DNA from: a bacterium
Lineage (GTDB): Bacteria > Patescibacteriota > Patescibacteriia > Patescibacteriales > GWC2-42-12
Length of the DNA: 64,000 bases
Direction: 5' to 3'
NCBI GenBank assembly: GCA_030650415.1
Contig: JAUSEG010000005.1
Coordinates: 23,333 to 87,332 of the forward strand
Made by a program: the position numbers and the translations under genes. Positions 60,118 to 64,000 of the stretch are shown in pieces (within the stretch, counting starts at the first letter, position 1; each line of letters begins with the position of its first letter). The notes below the pieces were generated by a model. The model worked only from the letters and a program-made list of their open reading frames with translations, ran no database searches and was not told where the DNA came from.

Positions 60118-62796
60118 TTATTTATTATTTAATTTTCTTCTAAATAAAAATTTTCTGATTTCTTCCACAAAAATAATGCTGGAGGCCACTGAAATGATAA
60201 CCAGCCAATCAGTTAAGTTAAGCGGCACGGTATGAAGAAACCTTTGCATAAACGGATTGTAGACGGCTAAGAATTGCAAAGCGATAACGATAAAAGTGGC
60301 GCCGACTAAAAATTTATTAGAAAAAGGGTTCATTTGCAAGAGTGATTTTTTTTCCGAACGGCAGTTCCAGGCGTTAAGCCATTGAAAAACCGCTAAAGTC
60401 GTAAGCGAAATCGTCCAAGCCTTATTTATGTCATCGCCGAGATATTTTTCAAAAAGATACATTGTGCCGATAGCCATGGGCAAGGCCATTAAAATCATTC
60501 TCTTGCCCATCAGCTTATCAACTACAAACTTTTTCGGCGGTTCAAAATTACCGGCTAATAATTTTTTTTCTTTTGGCTCCATGGCTAAAGCCACATCGAG
60601 AAAGCCATCGGTCACAAAATTAAGCCAAATAATCTGCGCCGGCAGAATCGGCAGAGGCAGACCGATAACCAAGGCGCCGGTAATCGTTAAGGCCTCGCCC
60701 ACGCTGGTTGAAAAAAGATAGAGAATCACTCTTTTTATGGTTCTATAAATATGTCTGCCCTCTTCCACGGCGGCCGGCAGTTGGCCAAAATTATCATCAA
60801 GCAAGACTATATCGGCCGCCTCTTTGGCAACTTCGGTGCCGATCTTTCCCATGGCGATGCCAAGATCGGCGGCCACTAAGGATGGCGCGTCATTAACCCC
60901 GTCGCCGGTCATAGCCACAATCTCTCCGCGCGCTTTATAGGCTTTAATAATTCTTAATTTATGTTCCGGCGTAACTCGAGCGAAAACCGACGTCCAATCA
61001 ACTTTATCAGCCAGCATCTCGTCAGACATCAAATCAATTTCCGGGCCGGTAAGCGTCTGATCGCCAGGGCTGTAAATTCCCGCTTGCTCCGCTATAGCCT
61101 CGGCCGTATTCTTATGGTCGCCGGTTATCATTACTACCCTGATATTCGCTTGCCTAATTTTAGCAATCGCCTTAGCGACTTCCGGACGAAGCGAATCTCT
61201 CATGCCGATAAAACCGACAAAAGTTAAATCGCTGACATCTTCGGCTTTTGCAATTTTTTCCGCTTGGCGATTTTCCGCCAGCGCCACGACTCGCAAACCG
61301 TTTCTCGACATTTCCAAAAAAATCAATTCCAATTTTTTCTTTTCTTCAGCCGTTAACGGCTGGCTGCGCCCATTGCGCCAAATTTTCCGGCACAGCCCCA
61401 AAATTACTTCGGGCGCGCCGGCGACCGCCAGAAATTCTCGACCGGCGACTCGATGAATAGTAGCATGATATTTAAGCTTATAATCAAAAGGAATGTCAAT
61501 TAACAGCGGTTCAATCTTCTCTAAGCGATCTTTTTCCAGACCAAATTTTTGCGCCATAACCTGCATGGCCGCTTCAGTCGGATCGCCGGCTACCCGCCAG
61601 CGCTGAGTTTCTTCTAAAAACACTATCCGCGCGTTAGCGCTAAAGGCCGCGATTTTTCCAACCAATAAAAGCTCGGGGTGATTATTTAAATTAACCGGCT
61701 GATCGTTAAGTCGAACCGCGCCCCGGTAATCATAGCCATTGCCCTCAACTTCAAAAAATTTCTCTTCAGCATAAATTTTTTGAATTACCATTTCATTCTT
61801 GGTAATAGTGCCGGTTTTATCCACGGCGATTACGCGCGCCTGTCCCAGAGCTTCTACGGCCTGCAGTTTTTTTACCAAAACATTCTGCCGGCTCATCCGC
61901 CAGACTCCGCCGGCCAAGACCAAGGTTATAACGATCGGCAAACCTTCGGGAATTATGGAAACGGCCAGCGATACTACGGTGGCAAACATCACCGAAACCG
62001 GGTTGCCCAAGGCTATGCCGAGCAAAAATAATAAACCGCTTACGCAACCGACAGCTATAATAATTAAACGAGAAAGATAACGAATATTAGCCTTAAAAGG
62101 CATTTCCGTATCAATCGCTTCAATTTCTTTAGCAATCTGGCCGATCGCCGTTTTAAGGCCGGTCGCTACCGCTACGGCCCGGCCATTACCGGATAGAACA
62201 TAGGCGCCCTTAAATACCAGATTTTTTCTCCCGGACATGGGCAGATTTTCTTCCTTTAAAACTTCGGCAATCTTATGCGCCGGCTCTGATTCGCCGGTCA
62301 GCATAGCTTCGTCAATCTTTAAGCTGTATGATAAAATGATGCGCGCGTCGGCAGGAATTTTTTCCCCTTCTTGCAAAATTATTATATCTCCAGGTACGAT
62401 TTCCGCGTCGGGAATAATCAGCTCCTGCCCCTCGCGCAAAACCGTGGCGCTGGTTTCAACAAATTTCTTAAGAGATAGCAGAGTATTCTGCGCCCGGCCT
62501 TCTTGAATAGTTCCGACTGCGGCGTTAAATAATAGAACCGCCAAAATAATTAAGCTGTCAACGGTTTCTCCGGTAAAAAAAACTATTAAACTGGCAGCGA
62601 TAAGAATATAGATTAAAGGGCTTTGAAATTGGCGTAAAAAAATAATCGCCAGATTGTCTGCTTTGGATTCAAGCAACCGGTTAGGACCGTATTTTTTAAG
62701 CCGCTCGGACGCCTCCTTAGCGCTCAAACCGGCTTCGCCGGCGCGCAAGAGCTTAAGCGTTTCCTCGGCTGATTTTAAATGCCAGTTATTTTCCAT
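60118..62796 (-). CDS. P-type cation-transporting ATPase (type II, Ca2+/Mg2+-like)
   Basis: TGES, DKTGTIT, MITGDHKNTA and GDGVNDAPSL motifs. 892 aa, 10 TM. Confidence 0.9.
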   Translation of the reverse strand: MENNWHLKSAEETLKLLRAGEAGLSAKEASERLKKYGPNRLLESKADNLAIIFLRQFQSPLIYILIAASLIVFFTGETVDSLIILAVLLFNAAVGTIQEGRAQNTLLSLKKFVETSATVLREGQELIIPDAEIVPGDIIILQEGEKIPADARIILSYSLKIDEAMLTGESEPAHKIAEVLKEENLPMSGRKNLVFKGAYVLSGNGRAVAVATGLKTAIGQIAKEIEAIDTEMPFKANIRYLSRLIIIAVGCVSGLLFLLGIALGNPVSVMFATVVSLAVSIIPEGLPIVITLVLAGGVWRMSRQNVLVKKLQAVEALGQARVIAVDKTGTITKNEMVIQKIYAEEKFFEVEGNGYDYRGAVRLNDQPVNLNNHPELLLVGKIAAFSANARIVFLEETQRWRVAGDPTEAAMQVMAQKFGLEKDRLEKIEPLLIDIPFDYKLKYHATIHRVAGREFLAVAGAPEVILGLCRKIWRNGRSQPLTAEEKKKLELIFLEMSRNGLRVVALAENRQAEKIAKAEDVSDLTFVGFIGMRDSLRPEVAKAIAKIRQANIRVVMITGDHKNTAEAIAEQAGIYSPGDQTLTGPEIDLMSDEMLADKVDWTSVFARVTPEHKLRIIKAYKARGEIVAMTGDGVNDAPSLVAADLGIAMGKIGTEVAKEAADIVLLDDNFGQLPAAVEEGRHIYRTIKRVILYLFSTSVGEALTITGALVIGLPLPILPAQIIWLNFVTDGFLDVALAMEPKEKKLLAGNFEPPKKFVVDKLMGKRMILMALPMAIGTMYLFEKYLGDDINKAWTISLTTLAVFQWLNAWNCRSEKKSLLQMNPFSNKFLVGATFIVIALQFLAVYNPFMQRFLHTVPLNLTDWLVIISVASSIIFVEEIRKFLFRRKLNNK

Positions 62797-62914
62797 CGGT
62801 TGATAGTTCTTTTAACATGTAATATAATAAAATAATATAATAACCTCTCCGCGAGCTTGTTTATAAGCTTCGGCCTAGCTGATTATATTTTACCAGAAAG
62901 CCATTAACTCGTAA

Positions 62915-64000
62915 ATGCCAAAAATCTCTAACTCTATGAAAAATCTGATTAATCGGGAACGAACCGCTCTGCTAAAATACGACATCCGCGCCTTAGTCGT
63001 CATCGCGGAAAAATTAAAAGCGCTGGGCATTAATATTTGGGCCTGGGAAAATATCGGCGACCCGATAAAACAGGGGCATATCGCGCCCGCCTGGATGAAG
63101 GAGATAATTAAAAAAACCGCGGAAAAAAATTCCAACTATGGCTACTCGCCGACCGAGGGTCTCTTAGAAGCGCGCGAGTTTATCGCTAGGGAAGAAAATA
63201 TAAAAAGCCTGCCCCTAAAAAAAGAGGACGTGGTTTTCGCGAGCGGCCTGGGCCATGCCATTAACATGCTCTACCAGAGCCTCCTGGGCGGCGGCCGGCG
63301 CGTTATCCATCCCGCGCCAACTTACCCGGCCCATTCCTCGAGCGAAGCTTTCTTCGCCGGCGCGGCGCCGCTTTTTTACTCGTGCCGAGCGGAAAATAAT
63401 TGGCAGCCGGATTTAAACGACTTGGAAGAAAAAATCATTAAGCATCCGGAAATAAGTTTTATTCTAACCATTTTTCCCAATAACCCAACCGGCGTCTGCT
63501 ATAGCGATGAAATTTTACGGGGCATCGCTCGCCTCGCCCGCCGCTACGATCTGGGCATAATTTCCGATGAAACCTACCTGCGCCTGCTCTATAAAAATCA
63601 AACTCAAACCGGCATGGCTAAAATCATGCTGGAAGAAAAACCCTTTCCTTTGATTGTCATGAGGAGCATGTCTAAAGATATTCCCTGGCCGGGCGGACGC
63701 TCCGGCTGGCTGGAATTTTACAATCTCGGCCAAGATAAAAATTTTTCGGAGCTTGAAGAAACAGTAAAGCAGGGCCTGCGAGTGCAAGTTTGTTCAACTA
63801 CTATGATTCAAGACGCTCTGCCTTTAATTTACGGCGACCCGCGCTACCGGGAACACTTACAGAATTTTATTGAAAAACTTGAAGAACAAAGCCAATATAT
63901 TTCCACTTTATTGAACACTATTAAAGGAATATCATGCGTGCCCGGCCAAGGCGCTTTTTATCTGGCCGCGGTTTTTAAAGACGGAGTTTTAAAACCGCGT
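62915..64000 (+). CDS. Class I/II pyridoxal-phosphate aminotransferase (3' end beyond window)
   Basis: Open frame from the ATG at 62915 (alternative 62936) to the window edge. Absent from the track because no stop is reached. Motifs NYGYSPTEG, NNPTG, SDETY and SMSKDIPWPGGRSGW (PLP lysine motif). Confidence 0.75.
   Translation, partial: MPKISNSMKNLINRERTALLKYDIRALVVIAEKLKALGINIWAWENIGDPIKQGHIAPAWMKEIIKKTAEKNSNYGYSPTEGLLEAREFIAREENIKSLPLKKEDVVFASGLGHAINMLYQSLLGGGRRVIHPAPTYPAHSSSEAFFAGAAPLFYSCRAENNWQPDLNDLEEKIIKHPEISFILTIFPNNPTGVCYSDEILRGIARLARRYDLGIISDETYLRLLYKNQTQTGMAKIMLEEKPFPLIVMRSMSKDIPWPGGRSGWLEFYNLGQDKNFSELEETVKQGLRVQVCSTTMIQDALPLIYGDPRYREHLQNFIEKLEEQSQYISTLLNTIKGISCVPGQGAFYLAAVFKDGVLKPR

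Noticed and set aside
60428-62506. About ten plus-strand and off-frame ORFs inside the P-type ATPase gene, plus 62890-63135 and 63515-63787 (-) inside the aminotransferase
   Set aside because: They are shadows of well-supported long genes in a more G+C-rich region where stop codons are rarer.

Overview
This 64 kb window looks like part of a small, AT-rich Candidate Phyla Radiation (Patescibacteria/Parcubacteria-like) chromosome. The lineage call is an inference: L30 is absent between rpsE and rplO, the zinc-ribbon forms of S14, L28 and L33 are present, and the accessory genes are DUF5671/DUF5667-like. Almost every gene from 16.6 to 62.8 kb is on the minus strand. The core is the str-S10-spc ribosomal super-operon (rpsL-rpsG-fusA-tuf-rpsJ...rplO-secY-adk-map, 30.5-55.1 kb). 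Also present are aspS, recO, ruvX, scpAB, tpiA, fba, a DD-carboxypeptidase, HU, a desulfoferrodoxin, L33, L28 and three tRNAs. The left 16 kb is envelope and accessory DNA: glycan genes, an O-antigen-ligase/TPR protein, a PA14 protein, a roughly 1225-aa surface protein, an ECF sigma factor with a putative anti-sigma partner, and a plus-strand islet with an HTH gene and two secreted proteins. The right end carries transporters, a P-type ATPase and a truncated aminotransferase. Four observations stand out. (1) A tRNA-Thr(GGU) is split between nt 36 and 37 by a 199-nt group-I-like intron, with a free-standing LAGLIDADG-like ORF abutting the gene. (2) Two families of mosaic palindromic repeats saturate the gene boundaries, sit in frame inside rplR, a glycosyltransferase and recO, and bracket small foreign ORFs. 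(3) The ribosomal operons are interrupted at five points by hypothetical genes. (4) Several conserved, structured spacers recur inside the operons. All coordinates and motifs were read and counted by hand. No database search or folding computation was possible.
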